Both the position numbers and the translations under genes were made by a program. DNA of 57,812 bases, filler included, from Jimgerdemannia flammicorona (taxonomy: Eukaryota), in assembly GCA_003990765.1 (NCBI GenBank). It is 3 parts of 3 records of this genome, joined end to end, with 100 filler letters (N's around TTAATTAATTAA, not from the genome) between each part and the next. Parts side by side here need not be neighbours in the genome. Positions count along the whole stretch, not along the records: positions 38,613 to 57,812 come from RBNJ01002001.1; 2 more parts are not named here. One strand, written 5' to 3'. Below the pieces are notes generated by a model, which saw only the letters and a program-made list of their open reading frames with translations, made no database searches and was not told where the DNA came from. Shown here piece by piece: positions 39,144 through 52,129 of this stretch (the stretch's first letter is position 1; the number at the start of each line of letters is the position of its first letter).

Positions 39144-40540
39144 AGATGTCAGAAGAAGAAAACTTTGATGGGTTTGGGACTATAGTCCATGTTCAGTTAA
39201 ACAAACCACTCAGAGAAGCTGACTCTGAAGAGGAGGATGATGTAGAGGATAGTGTGGAGGATGATGTGGAGGACAATGATGATGACAGTGATGATGGTGA
39301 TTATGTGTCACCCAATTATATATAAACAACCAGACAATCTCAATTATGAAGATTAAGATAGGCAATATAGCCATTGGTTATGGTAAAAGTATGAATGAGA
39401 AGGTGTGTTTCTCTCCACTATCAAATATGCTGAATATGTTACCTTTGATCAATAGCAACAAGTAACTAACTAACTATTTTCAAGTTGTATAGCCTCAAAA
39501 GTCATTATTCAACTGCATGAAGATTCTTATTAAAGCTAAACAATTACCAGCACCCAAAAGGCTCCATGCCAGTGCCAGTACTAGTGTCAGTGCTAGCATT
39601 AGGGCCAGTTCTAGTGCCAGCAGTGCCATCACTAGTACTAGGGCCAGTTCTAGTACCAGCAGTACCATCACCATTGCCAGGGCCAGTTCTAGTGCCAGCA
39701 GTGTCAGCACTAGTACTGGGTTATCAGCAATACCAAATCTACCACTAGTGCTGAAGTTGAAGCTACCACCAGTACTGGTCTTTGTACTGTATAAACATAA
39801 AAAACCACTTTTATCTACCTGGGTTAAGTTGCCTGATTATATTACATCTGGAGCTATTATTGATATCTTTTGTTTATTCTTTCTGGACTTGATTCTCAGA
39901 ATGATTGTTGCTAATACCAAATAATATACTAAGTTAAAGAAAGCTGGCAAGACTGATCAGGACTAGAAAGATCTCTCTATTCCAGAGCTTTTGATCTTCA
40001 TTGGTATCTGCATTTATTTTGACCTCTTTTCAAAATCAACTAGCAGCTTTAGTTGGCTTTGGAACAATAGAGATCTGTATAAACCACTCTACTATATTAC
40101 TGAATATATGTCATTTATTCAATTTCAACAGATCAAGAGATATCTGTATATTTCTTCACATAGGCAACATAAGGGCCAATACTACAATAAGGTTGAGCTC
40201 TTACTCTCACACATCTGCCAGGTTTGAAAGGATATTTACCAACCTAGCTTGAATGTTTCAGTGGATGAGATGATGATCCATTTCACTGGTCAAAGTCATG
40301 ATACTATATGAAATTAAAAACAAGCTGACTTCTGAGAACTTCAAGTTCTTTACTCTATGTAACTATAGATACACTTGGTCATTTCTTCTAATATTGCATT
40401 TCTCTAAGAATGTAGAATTTCTGAATATTTGAGGTTTCAGCATAACTATATAGTCAGTTGTTCATCTCATTTTACAGTTACCTTTTTCTCAATAAGGATT
40501 TATATGATAAAATTACTCTAGCAATCTAATCTATCCTAGC
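39144..40540 (+). mobile_element. piggyBac-like (DDE_Tnp_1_7/PGBD4-like) transposase remnant, truncated at the 3' end
   Basis: MSFIQFQQIKRYLYIS, YYNKVELLL, YQPSLNVSVDEMMIHFTGQS, KNK.TSE.FKFFTL..YRYTWSF. Acidic N-terminus. Confidence 0.8.
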
Positions 40541-40559
40541 TGCTCTGACTCTTGATCAG

Positions 40560-43500
40560 AAAGTGGTCTTTATACAGAGATATTAGACTGCTAGACACTT
40601 TACTGAATACTCAATAGAAAGGATAACTAGTATCAAGATAGAGCTATTAAAGCCAACCAGTATTATACTCACCATAGCTCTTAACAGACAACTATCTCTA
40701 TCTATCCACAAGATGGCCAAAGCTAATCCAGTGGAGGAACTTACCCAGTAGTTTGCTAAGATATCTGCACACCTTGGTGATGTTTTCAGAGAAGTATTAA
40801 GTACCAACAGGAGACTAGTATAGAGGTTTGCAGCTACTACAGAAAAATATATCATCATATACTTTAAATATAGAGAAAAAGGTCACTATATAAAGAATTG
40901 CATAACTAAAATAAGGCATAAAGTTCAATCAAGTAATACTACTAGAATTAGAGAACAAACCAATATAGTAGTTATTAAGGAGATTGATAATACTGATGAT
41001 AAAGAATACTATAAAGAGTCTGAATTCTACTCTGTTACTAAAAGTACCAGAATCTGATCCAAGCTCTATAATAAGAAGAGTGATAGTAAGCTAGTTAGAA
41101 GACCAAAAAAGACTCTAACTATCACTATTTAAAGTAAGACCCAATCTGAGAAGATTGATCAAGATATAGAGTTAGATAAAGCTGCCTACTAAATTATTAA
41201 AGACACTACTCCAGTCTTAGCAGAAAGTGAAAGCAAGAAAGAACAGAAGCTATACAAGACCAAGGTCTATCAGTATAATATCTATAAGGATATTAAGAAA
41301 TAGAAGCTCAATGTTACTTTTGGACAACTAGTAAAAGTCCCTACCTTCTAATAGCAGTTAAGAGCAGAACTTATAACTACTGTTAAGAACTAAGAGTATA
41401 AGATCATAAAAGCTCACAATATATAAGAAAAGGATCTGAAGATCAGTATAAGACCTCAGCCTATATCCAATATCAGATTGAAGATTGTGTCTTTGATACT
41501 ATTATTAATACTAGTGCTGGAGAATATCTCATGAGTAAGAAGACAATTGACCACCTAGACTGAAATATTGAAGAATCTACTAGAATGGTCTATATTATAA
41601 TAGATAGTATATAAGCTATCCTCCTAGGTAAGATCTGAGAAATCTCTATCAAGATCAGGAGAGCTACTATCTTAGTAGATATGATTATTACAAGTACTAC
41701 TAACTATGACATTCATTAGTAACTAATAGCTTTACAAGGTCAAGGCTATTATTGACCTCAATATCCAGAAGCTATAGATTAACTATAGAGGAAAAAAGAT
41801 ATAAGTCTCTATCAATATCTATAAAGAAATACTTACTACAGACTTCAGAGATATCTATAACCAAGAACCTAAGTACTATCATGAAGATGAAGTTGATACT
41901 AGTGATACTAAGTTCATCTACCAGAAAACCAGACCCATACTACCTATCTACAGAGAATAGCTGTAAGCAGAACTCATAGAAATAGAAGAAGCTAGTATCA
42001 TCAAGCAAGCTATCAGTCTCTAGGCTTTACCTATTATACTTGCTCCAAAGAAAGTAAGTAAGCCTGGAGAGTTTGCCCCAAGACTAGTACTCTAAATGAG
42101 TCAATCCGGATGGGATTCAGATGGGATTCAAATCAACCATTGTTTTAATTTCTAAATTAGACAATTAAATATTTATATCAATAACTTGATGAATAATCAT
42201 CTAAATTTGATAATCTTGGTGTCATTTGAAAGCCCTTAATAAGGCCTTTCTAATGATATCAAGAACATTAAAATTGGATTATGCATTACCAAGATATTAA
42301 GGAAAACATTCTATTTGATGAAATTTCCAAAATCAGCAAATTGAAGAATTTTCAAAATCAGTGATTCAGATGGTTTCCTTCATAATTCAGCAATGCATGA
42401 TCCAATTTCAATGTTCTTGATATCATTAGATAGGCCTTATTAAGGGCTTTCAAATGACACCAAGATCATCAAATATGGATGATTATTTATTGAGTTATTG
42501 ATATAAATATTTAATTAGACAATTAAATGTTTACATCAATAACTCGATGAATAATCATCCAAATTTGATGATCTTAGTGTTATTTGAAAGCTCTTAATAA
42601 GGCCTTTCTAATGATATCAAGAACATTAAAATAGGATTACGCATTGCCGAGATATTAAGGAAAACGTTCTATTTGATGAAATTTCCAAAATTGGCAAATT
42701 GAAGAATTTCCAAAATCAGCAATTCAGATGGTTTCCTTCATAACTCAGCAATGCATGATCTGATTTCAATGTTCTTGGTATCATTAGATAGGCCTTATTA
42801 AGGGCTTTCAAATAATATCAAGATTATCAAATTTAGATGATTATTCATTGAGCTATTGATATAAATATTTAATTGTCTAATTTGGAAATCAAAACAATGG
42901 TTGATTTGAATCCATCCAGATGAGATTCAATCTGAATCAATCTGAATCCAATCTGGATTAAATTGACTCATTAGGAGCACTACAGCTAGCCCTTAAGAAG
43001 CTCAAGGAGTATAGTCTCTATATTGAGCTCAAGAAGTATAAGTTTATAGCTTAAGACATTACCTACTTAGGATATATTATCAATCAGACTGGAATTCATA
43101 TGGACCCTATGAAGATTGAGGCTATTGTAGCCTAAGTCTATGTCTTCCTCAAACTGGCCTTCTACTATAGAAGATTCACCAAAGGATACTCCAACATTAT
43201 AGTATCTATCTATGAGCTACTGAAGAAGTTAATTAAGTTCAAATGAACTAAGAAATATTAAGAAATCTTCAATGATCTCCAAACTAAGTTGACCCAAGCC
43301 CCTATTCTCAGAAGACCAAATTGGAACTTAGAGTTTATCCTGTAAATAGATATAAGTGTTATAGAACTTGGAACAGTACTAGCTCAGAAGAAAGATAGAT
43401 ATAAATATATCATCTCTTATACAAGCTGAGGTATCTGTAGAGCAGAAAAGAACTATGAATTATATAAGCTTAAATACTTAGCAATAGTCTGAATAGTATA

Positions 43501-45560
43501 CAAGTTCCACTACTACCTAGTTAGGAAATACTTCATCATTCAAATAGACCATTCTACTCTTACTTAGCTATTCTACACTCTGAACCCCAAAGGAATATAT
43601 ACTAGATAGATCTACAGACTGTAAGAGTATAACTATACTATCAAATACTACTTAGGAAGAACTAATGTTAATACTGATATATTCTTGAAAATACTCTAAA
43701 ACACCTCCATTAAGACTATTTAATATAAATAAGAAGCTATATTATGAATTAATTAGCTATCTTGAATAGCAGATGCTCAATAATTTCAAACTCTAGACTA
43801 TTACTATTATCAACTAGACTTAGAAACAATTTAAACTAAATAACACTATGCTTAGAAAAGGAGGAAAGCTTATCATACTTGAATATAAGAAGTATTAAGT
43901 AATGAAAGAAGTATATAAATAAAGATACCTAAGAGGAACTAATATTATGACAAGGTAAGAAGAACTATATAGTGGCCTAAGATAGAAGAAGATCTATACC
44001 AATTTGTCAAAGAGTATAATAAGTATCAAAAATAGAAATAATATTAGTAAGACCAGATACTCAGATTATTAAAAATCAAACCTATTCTTTTCTATCATAT
44101 TACAATAGATATTATTAGACCACTATTAGTAACTCTATCAGAAAACTACTATATTATAGTTATTATAGATCTCTTTACCAAATAGATAGAAGCAGGAGTA
44201 TTATAAGAAGTCAATACTCTCTCTACTACTAACTTCCTGTACTGAGAAATCATCTGCTACTATATACAAGACACTAAGGTAAATTACTACAGATTATGGC
44301 ATAGAATTTGTTAACAGATTCCATGAGATAATATATTAGAAATATAAAATTCAGTATATTAAGACTACTATGTATCACTCTCAAGAAAATAGATAAATAA
44401 AAAGAACAAATAAGACCCTTAAGAACATTCTAGTCAAGATCTCAGACATATATGAGAATTGGAATAACTACTTCCCAACTGTCCTCTCTATCCTATAAGA
44501 TATATAGTTATAGAATATACACTTTACTCCAAGAGAACTGCTCTTCAGAGAAGAAGATTCTGATGGAATCTTAACTATAAATCTAGATCTAACTTAGTAA
44601 CAGATTGACTCAGAAATCTGGAGACTATATCAAATTAGAAAGAAGGCAGATAATTACATCATCAAGTCACAAGTACTAATAAGGAAGAATATAGAAAAGA
44701 ATTATAAGATTCTAGAATCTATTTAAATTGGAAAAAAGATTCTACTATATTGAAATATAATAGAAGTCTCATAGTTATAAAAACTAGAGCCCAAATGGAA
44801 AGAACTCTTCTATATATAAGATATATATATATTAAGAGAACTACCTTCTAACTTAAAAAACTCTCAGAGATCATACTGCCTATCATAGTATATAGAAACA
44901 GACTCAAGAAGACCATGAACCTATATAAGAGAAGTAAAATATAATAACTACTTATGAGGCTCTAGTCTATAAATAGTAACAGTATGTCCCATAACTAGCA
45001 GATAATCTGTCTAGACTATTCTCTAAGAAATATGGTACTAGTGACTACTTATCTATAAGACTTTTGAAGTCAGAGAAGTTTGAACTATCAACTGATTAGT
45101 CAAGATCAGAATTAGGCCCTTACTCTATATAAAGAGAGCTATCCTTCACCATCATACCAAAATATATAAAGAAGACACTAGCTTATAAATACCACTTTTT
45201 GACCCTCTGCCAGAGATTATGAGATCAGAAAATTTTTCAGACTGAACTAATAAATAAGGACATTTAAGAGAAAATTCTTATTAGAAAAAAGATATAATAA
45301 TAATCTCATCACAGGAGACAGTCTTTTCTTATAAGCTACCAGATCAGAGTACATATCTTGATCAATCCCCAACTTAGAATATATCAAAGTCTCAGACTTT
45401 AAGAAATTATCAGTCTGCTATATAGATATACTGGAGACTATAGTGGCCACAGAAGCTCAATCTATCATTACTTTCAAAAGTAATAAGATAGAAAAGTTCT
45501 GAAATTTCATCCTTCAGGATAATCCAGATCAATTCCTGTAAGAATTAATCTCAGTATTCT
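40560..45560 (+). mobile_element. Degenerate Ty3/Gypsy gag-pol (PR-RT-RH-IN order) with a possible extra ORF 3' of the integrase
   Basis: Zinc knuckle [C]FK[C]REKGHYIKNC at ~40860. Protease II[D]T[G]AG at ~41500. RNase H FIL..D.S...LG.VLAQ at ~43335 and DHS.L. Integrase IDII.PL at ~44105, TDYGIEF, YHSQEN..ERTNKTLK. Confidence 0.85.
42085..42982. mobile_element. Foldback-type non-autonomous DNA transposon built from two tandem ~360-bp palindromic units inside terminal inverted repeats
   Basis: Ends TAGTACTCTAAATGAGTCAAT...ATTGACTCATTAGGAGCACTA. Units ~42157-42514 and ~42514-42880 are each self-complementary (e.g. TTGAAAGCCCTTAATAAGGCCT / AGGCCTTATTAAGGGCTTTCAA). Confidence 0.88.
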
Positions 45561-45789
45561 AAGGTCTCAGTGCTCCTGGTATGAGAAGAACGCTTCACTT
45601 ATATTTTTGCCATCTATTGACCATTGCTATTATAAAAATATAATTATTTTCGGTTTAGTCACCAATAATGCAGGGAAAAAAAAGAAACCGAATGCGGTAA
45701 TACATACACACTCCACGACAACAGGATTTGAGTACGTGACCAAGCACCATTTGAGGTATGTCTTTGTTTTGGTCAACGTTTTATTCTGA

Positions 45790-47228
45790 TGGTGGATATT
45801 AGATTGGTCAGTTTTTGATCGGTTGGCGTAAACCTGCGGTGGCTCAGCAGCTTTCGGTTGTTTATCGTCTTCTTCGATATACTACATAAATATTCTAGGA
45901 TTAAAATAAAGTAGGAAAGTGAAAAATAAAGATCGAACTACAAACGCCGAATACCTCACCATCAGAATTATCAGAAAGGATGGATCGTTTTTCATCGTCG
46001 TTATTGATGTCGAGGATTTCATCCGCATCTTTCTCGATATCATGTGAATAATCCGAAAATGGGCGTTGTTCTACTCCGTCTTCAAGAGAAGAATCACCAC
46101 CGGAAGCAAGCTTCTCAAATGCTGCTCTCTTGTTCTCTCTTTCCGACGTAGCCTATGTCAAATTGAACATTAAGCAATCAATATAGAAATATAAAATTTT
46201 TGTTATATGGAAGGCACTTACATCGATTTCAGCATGGAATCTTTTTGGTCGGATATGAACGTCCTAAAATGAAATGTTTCTCATTCAGTGTATTGCAAAT
46301 TGACGATGGTACAAGCAACTAAATATCACAGAATGTTTATAAACGAGTTTGAAAGAGTGAGCTTTTTCCCGAATTTCTTATCCAAATCATAGACAATAAT
46401 AGTAGAGTGGGACATGTACATCAATCATTGTCCCAAATTTCTTGCAGAGGGTAGTTTTCAAAATATTGGAATTTTACCAGAAAAGGGCATTGACATTATA
46501 ACATAAACAAACCTTGGCAATTGAACTCTCTAACTCAGCGGTCTGATGTGCGTAATCAGCAAGAACTGTCCGGGATTGGACCTTGCTCGCCGCGTCCAAC
46601 AGTGTAAGACTTTCCGTATCGAGAGTGTTCTTAAATCCAGTCTATTATGATGATTAGATATTCCTTTCAAAAAATGTATTAATCAACTAAGTATCGCTAA
46701 AATACTGTTAATGACATACCCGTTTTCTATCTGTTATCACCTTACAAAAAAAAGAATGCACGTTGGGGTTGGCACGCTCCGAATTCAGCTAGACGAAGTG
46801 GAGTAAACAATTAGAGAAATATGTTTATTGCAACAAATCAACAGATAAACTAAACAAATAAAGAAAGGCAAATCGCGAAAGGTGAGAACCAGGAAGAGTC
46901 CCGATGCTCTTGTGGAATGTAGAGACACGCCCAAGAGTGTTCCCACCATCACTCGGGACAGAGAGAGCGCTGAAAACCTCCAGATACAAGTAGAGACTCA
47001 TTAGGAGGCCCCTTCCGCCAACTATGTTGAAATGAAATTACCTTTTCTTTTATAACATCCACTGACGGGGGGTTTATTTCTTGGACCTCTTGTAAGAAAC
47101 GTCTGGTCCATGCACTATCTATGTCATTCCATCTATCACTAAAAGGCAATAATAGCGCGATTTGCACTCAGAAAGTCAAAGTATGACCAAAGTCCGGGAT
47201 CGCGTCCTTTCAAATAGGCCACCAGCGC
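45790..47228 (-). pseudogene. Multi-exon hypothetical gene, frameshifted near its 5' end
   Basis: AYLKGRDPGLWSYFDFLSANR then a frameshift to PFSDRWNDIDSAWTRRFLQEV. Further GT-AG-bounded exons, e.g. ATSERENKRAAFEKLASGGDSS. No recognised domain. Confidence 0.5.
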
Positions 47229-47568
47229 TGTCAAAAGGAATATAATTAGTATTTGGAGAAGATAAAAAAACATTTCTCAATGACTTTCGAATTTGCTTAT
47301 AAAACTTGCCTACGCGGCCGGAATACATCTTGTAGTGAAGTGGAGAAGTGTTGTTTTTTTTTTTTTTTGCGTGTCACACGTGATACATGGTGCGCCAATT
47401 TCTTCTGTGACATCATAGGTGGTTGTTGCATATTATATGGGGCGTGCTGCAACAAAACCAGACAAAGTGAATTATTCTTCCCCACACTCTCTCTACTTTA
47501 ATTTCTTTAATTATTGAAGCTTTTTTTGCTGTAACATGTTACATTTCCTTTGGCCCAGCAGTACTCAC

Positions 47569-47960
47569 CCACGGCGATAGCAGCATCCTTCAAATACGTC
47601 AATTAAACATTGGAACAAACGGCCGATTTAGGAAGCCAATATCGTAAATTAAACCAGTAGTTACCGCAGCATTACCACCTTTCTTCAAGATTTCTAATCC
47701 AGCCTGGTTCGCTAAAGGCTGGCTAAATTTTAGACCCAGGTACGGAATAAAACGTGAGTTGACATGCCTTCTCTTCCTATCTATAACCCTTCCGATTTCA
47801 AAGATACCTGCTGGCAATCATAGCATGTGTTCCGAAGACAGGAGAGCGGCGGGAGATCCAGTGAGACATTCTGTATATATAGAAGCGTGTTCACTAATAA
47901 GTCAGACCTATATCAAATCGACGACGTCACCATTATGAATATATTATGGGGAGTGCTGCA
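47569..47960 (-). pseudogene. Gamma-glutamyltranspeptidase 5' fragment
   Basis: Exonic pieces MVTSS | QPLANQAGLEILKKGGNAA (47722-47665) | DAAIAV (47587-47569) match the GGT N-terminal signature. The rest of the gene is absent. Confidence 0.75.
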
Positions 47961-48289
47961 ACAAAGTGATCAGCCTCAAAGATTTATTTTCGCTGTTGCT
48001 TTGTTTTAATGGTTCAATAATCCACTACGTAAGATAATTGGAGTAAACAAGCCAAAAATATAACCTACTACCGTTTGCTTTCATACTTCTCTACTTTCTC
48101 TCTCCTTTATAAAGTCTTCACCAGTGAGGCCACAAACACTAGTTTTGAGATATATATTAATTTTGCTTGTGCTTATATAATTTTGGGGAAATACTTATTG
48201 AGAGAGGGATACTCCTTTAACATATTTTGATTCTTACAAATGATCTGGTCCGATTTTGCCTTCTTTAGTAGGAGATGAAGACTCCTTAC

Positions 48290-50460
48290 ACTCATGCCAA
48301 CCTTATTCCGGGTCGGGGGGAGACGACGCGAGATTGATAGAGGCGTCTAGTCGAGTGTAGGTTGAGCCATATATCCAGCTAGAATCCTCCTCCTCCTCCT
48401 CCTCCTTTCCATCCCCCTCATCCTCGAATATCTTGACGGGGCTGGTGCGACTCAGAGTTATCGTATCCAACATTAATTGCTAAAGAAGATAATACCCGTT
48501 AGTCGACAACGGTTTAAACATCCTTTTTACAACGAGATAAATGTCAACACATACGCGCACTTGGAGAAGAAGGGTCAGGGCCTGGATTTGTGGCCTCATG
48601 TCCTGAATTGAGGTAGGTAGTTGATATATAGGGTATTCGTGGAACAGAGACACATATGACCGGCCTCCTGCTGGTCGCAGCTCGAATGTTTGGAATCCGC
48701 AGCCTATGGCACAATATTATTATAATGAGTGTTAGTCGCAGGAAAAAAAAAAAAAAAAAACTTGTAATTGTACTTACTGCCCGTATAGATGCCAAAAAAT
48801 CGGCCTTTGTCCCAAAGCTCTTCATTTCTAGTATCTTGTAGTCTGTGCATCATAATGGTGTGTGTCTCACGGAACAAATCAACGCCTGTCTCCTTGAGGA
48901 ACTTATTGGAATATTCGTCCCAGTCCTTCATACGCTCCACAATCATGTAATCTTTTTTTTCGACAACATCACGAACAACAAGATCAAGCTTCCGCCCAAC
49001 TTGCTTTCTCGGTGTTTGAGTATCAGGGTGATATCGCCGATTAGAGTTACGTCACTTTCCACTCTCAATGCCTGACTTTTCCCCGTCAATCATAAACAGA
49101 TCGTCCATGTCGTCCAGGAACTCGGTCAGCAATGGCCAAGATTTGCGAGGCCAAAAAGCCCTGACAGATCATTCACACTAAACAGTGACGGGGTCTTGCT
49201 GTAGAGCCTCTGCCTATAACAGACAGACCAGGAGAGTTGTGGTTAGTAATCTGTATCCATACTACATATGCTGCAAACATGTCATGACCATCGTACCAGA
49301 TCTTGCAGGAATCCTGGACCAAAGTGCAGGCAAACTCGTCAATGTCTGGCAGTGGTACTTGACATGCAGGATTCCCTTTGACCAATGCCTTCTTCATCCT
49401 CAACAGAAAACTGGTGGTTGAAGGCGGCAACTCTGGTAACTCAAAGACATTCTTTTCCATCATCTCCTCCCACTCATCCTCACTGAACAGATTCTTGGTT
49501 GCTGCGCAAGAGAAATCGATAGTGAAGGACCGTATCTTGATCATCGCGCCTTTCTGAAGGCAAGCTTTTTGAAGGATCTCTTCCACCGAACGCCCAGAGC
49601 GTAGAACCCAGAACTGACTCTGGTCCATTCCTGCACAGCGCTATCAAGGCAGATGCAAAGAGGTATTGGTACTCTATGCTATAATACATCAGGTGTCATG
49701 TTAGATATGTGCTCATTCATCTACCTGTTCTCGCCGAGACTTTTTGCTAGCAGAAATCTCTGCTGATGCTTCTTGTGTTCCGGGTTTTTCATATCGGTCT
49801 CTACGTTTTGCTCTAGTGGTGGACGATCCAGACTTTTGCGCTTTCTAGAGTGTATGAATAGAAAGTTAAAGACAGATCAATTTTTTTAAAAAAAAAGCTT
49901 CGGCATAATTTCGCTCACCTTCATTTCATTGTTCACTATTTCCTCGCGAATCCCAAGTACATCCTAGATAAGAAAACAAAAAACAAAACAAACGTCAGCA
50001 GTGGAGAATTAACCGAATCGCAAGAAATCGAAGCACGAGAGCAAAAACCGTGTTCCACCTGCGCGAGAGCAATCTCTTTGTCATTGCTGCTATCCTGCTC
50101 CTCATCGTCGAGAGCGCTCGATTCACGTTTGGGATTACGTGAATGCTCTTTGGTAAATTCTTCTATGGCCGCGTTTGCGGTGATCTTGTCATTAATCGTT
50201 TCCTAGATGTCGATAAAAATTTAAGAAAGAAGAATAAATATTAACATTCACATAAGATCCAAGTGGAAGAGACAACACTTGCTGAGCTCCCAATTAACTT
50301 CTCCAGGTCCTACAAGATTTGGCTCATCTTCTTGTCCAAGAACAATGGGCGTGACATCTTTGCTCTCGTCCGAGTCTTCTGTAGTGTCTTCAATCTTATC
50401 CGAGCCGTCTAGATCTTCTGTAATGTCATCCCGGTTGCTCATCTACAAGACATATGACAT
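48290..50460 (-). pseudogene. Multi-exon gene with a probable PD-(D/E)xK-like C-terminal domain; disrupted
   Basis: WVLRSGRSVEEIL..; GEKSGIESGK*RNSNRR..RKQVGRKLDLVVRD..DYMIVERMK. TGA at 49054-49052 and a 1-nt frameshift at ~49160. The 5' end abuts a LINE fragment. Confidence 0.6.
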
Positions 50461-50565
50461 AACCAGTATAAAACCATAAAGAAAAATTAATAAATGTAAA
50501 AAGTGTTACAATATGGGTAATACAGATATGAATGTTTACAAACATGAACCAGAGATTGTCTTGCC

Positions 50566-51960
50566 ATGAGTGTGGTGGGAGGGCAAGGTGAACAGTTGGG
50601 GGGAGGCCCTTCGAGGATGGGGAGGCTACCATATCTCTCTAGCAGGGTGGGTGTCGATCCTGAATGTATATTGGTTCCCAAAGCTGTGGTATGTGGCATA
50701 TCACCTAGACTTCCCAGCGTGGGTGGTGAAGAAGCTAATGAAGGTGGCTAGGGATTGGATTTGGGCGGGGAGGAGGTCCCAGGTCAGTTGGGATACTCTT
50801 GCGAGACCGGTAGGCAGGGGAGGTCTTGGCCTGGTGGATTTCCCTAAGAGGCTGCACTGCTTGAGAGCCTGGTGGTTGAAGAGAGCTGTGGAATTACAGG
50901 GCAGAGGTTGGGTGTCTCTGCTGCAGAAGGTATGGGAGATGAGAATGTCCCCTCGAGGGTCCTTCGGGGATCTGCTCTCTTTGGTGGGGCTGAATGGAGT
51001 TCGGAGGCTGTGGTTCAAGGGGTTTTGGTGGGGAGTGGCTGCAGGAGCACACCATATTGGCCTGCGCTGGCAAGGTAATGAGGGAGAAGTGGTGTGGGGG
51101 CCTAGTATGTGGCATTGGGATAGACTGCTCCTGGGGGATACTCCTCTGGTTGCGTTCAATATTGGGGAGGGAGTGGAGTGTCAGCAGGGGCTTGGCCGGG
51201 ACCTTTGGCCAGGTGGCTGGCAGGCAGTTGGGATCGGAGAGAAGTGGGACTGGGCAGGCATCTGGTCTTGGAGTGCTGAGGTATGGAGATGGCTCCCTCC
51301 CAAGTACTGGGTGATATGGTGGAGAATGTTGTAGAGGAATGTCATGCTGAATTTCCACTCAGGGCATTTAGTGGAGGGTGAACAATTTGACTACAAGGAG
51401 TGTTATGGTATTGGGTAAGCTGGGAGTTATATACAGATATCAGAATATTGGCTGGGAGAGTGTGAGGTCTTGGGGGAGTTTTGGGCTGAGATAGGGGATA
51501 GACTGAGTGTTGGGCATTGGCTGGTGGGGGAGGGGGGTTGCTGGGAGAACTTAAAATCTTGGCTTGTGGGTGGGGTGGAGGATAGTTGGCTCACTATAGG
51601 TTGGGTGTTAGCAGTATGAGTGGGACTGGTGAGACATTGGCTTTTCATATTTGAGGAGGGGCAGCAGTTGGGACTATGTGAGAAGGTGTTGTAGTGGAAA
51701 AAGCTGGTGGGGGATCTGCTGACTGGATGGTGAGTGGGTTGGGGACCTCAGGGGGGACAACATCGAGATTTAGTGATGAAGATCTGTGAGCAGAGTAGTG
51801 AGAGGGTGGGGATAGTGTTTGATAATGTGGTCTTTTACAGGGAAGGGGTAGGGGGGGGGGGCCCCCCTAGGGGGATTGGATAGGGGGTGGGATCATTGTA
51901 ATTATATGGGATAGATGGGTATTAATAAAGGAAGGGAGTCCAAGCAACTATAAAATAAAA
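50566..51960 (+). mobile_element. 5'-truncated, least-mutated copy of the L1/Tx1-like LINE (post-RT region and tail)
   Basis: 254-aa open frame homologous to 25730-26490. 3' AATAAAG...GTCCAAGCAACTATAAAA. Retains some CpG. Confidence 0.9.
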
Positions 51961-52129
51961 ATATATTTGGGAATTGGATTCAGATACTATAATTAAATAT
52001 CTATTCCTCTAATTCATATTCCTAATTTGGATCAACTGTTATAATATAAAAGATAGATGATAATGAGTCACCCCTACATATTTTTTCTTTACTATAATTT
52101 ATATTATATAAGCTTTTATAATATCTTTT

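Noticed and set aside
39495..39924. Ser/Ala-rich or Leu/Ala-rich ORFs as independent genes
   Set aside because: Alternative frames of a low-complexity repeat inside the piggyBac-like remnant.
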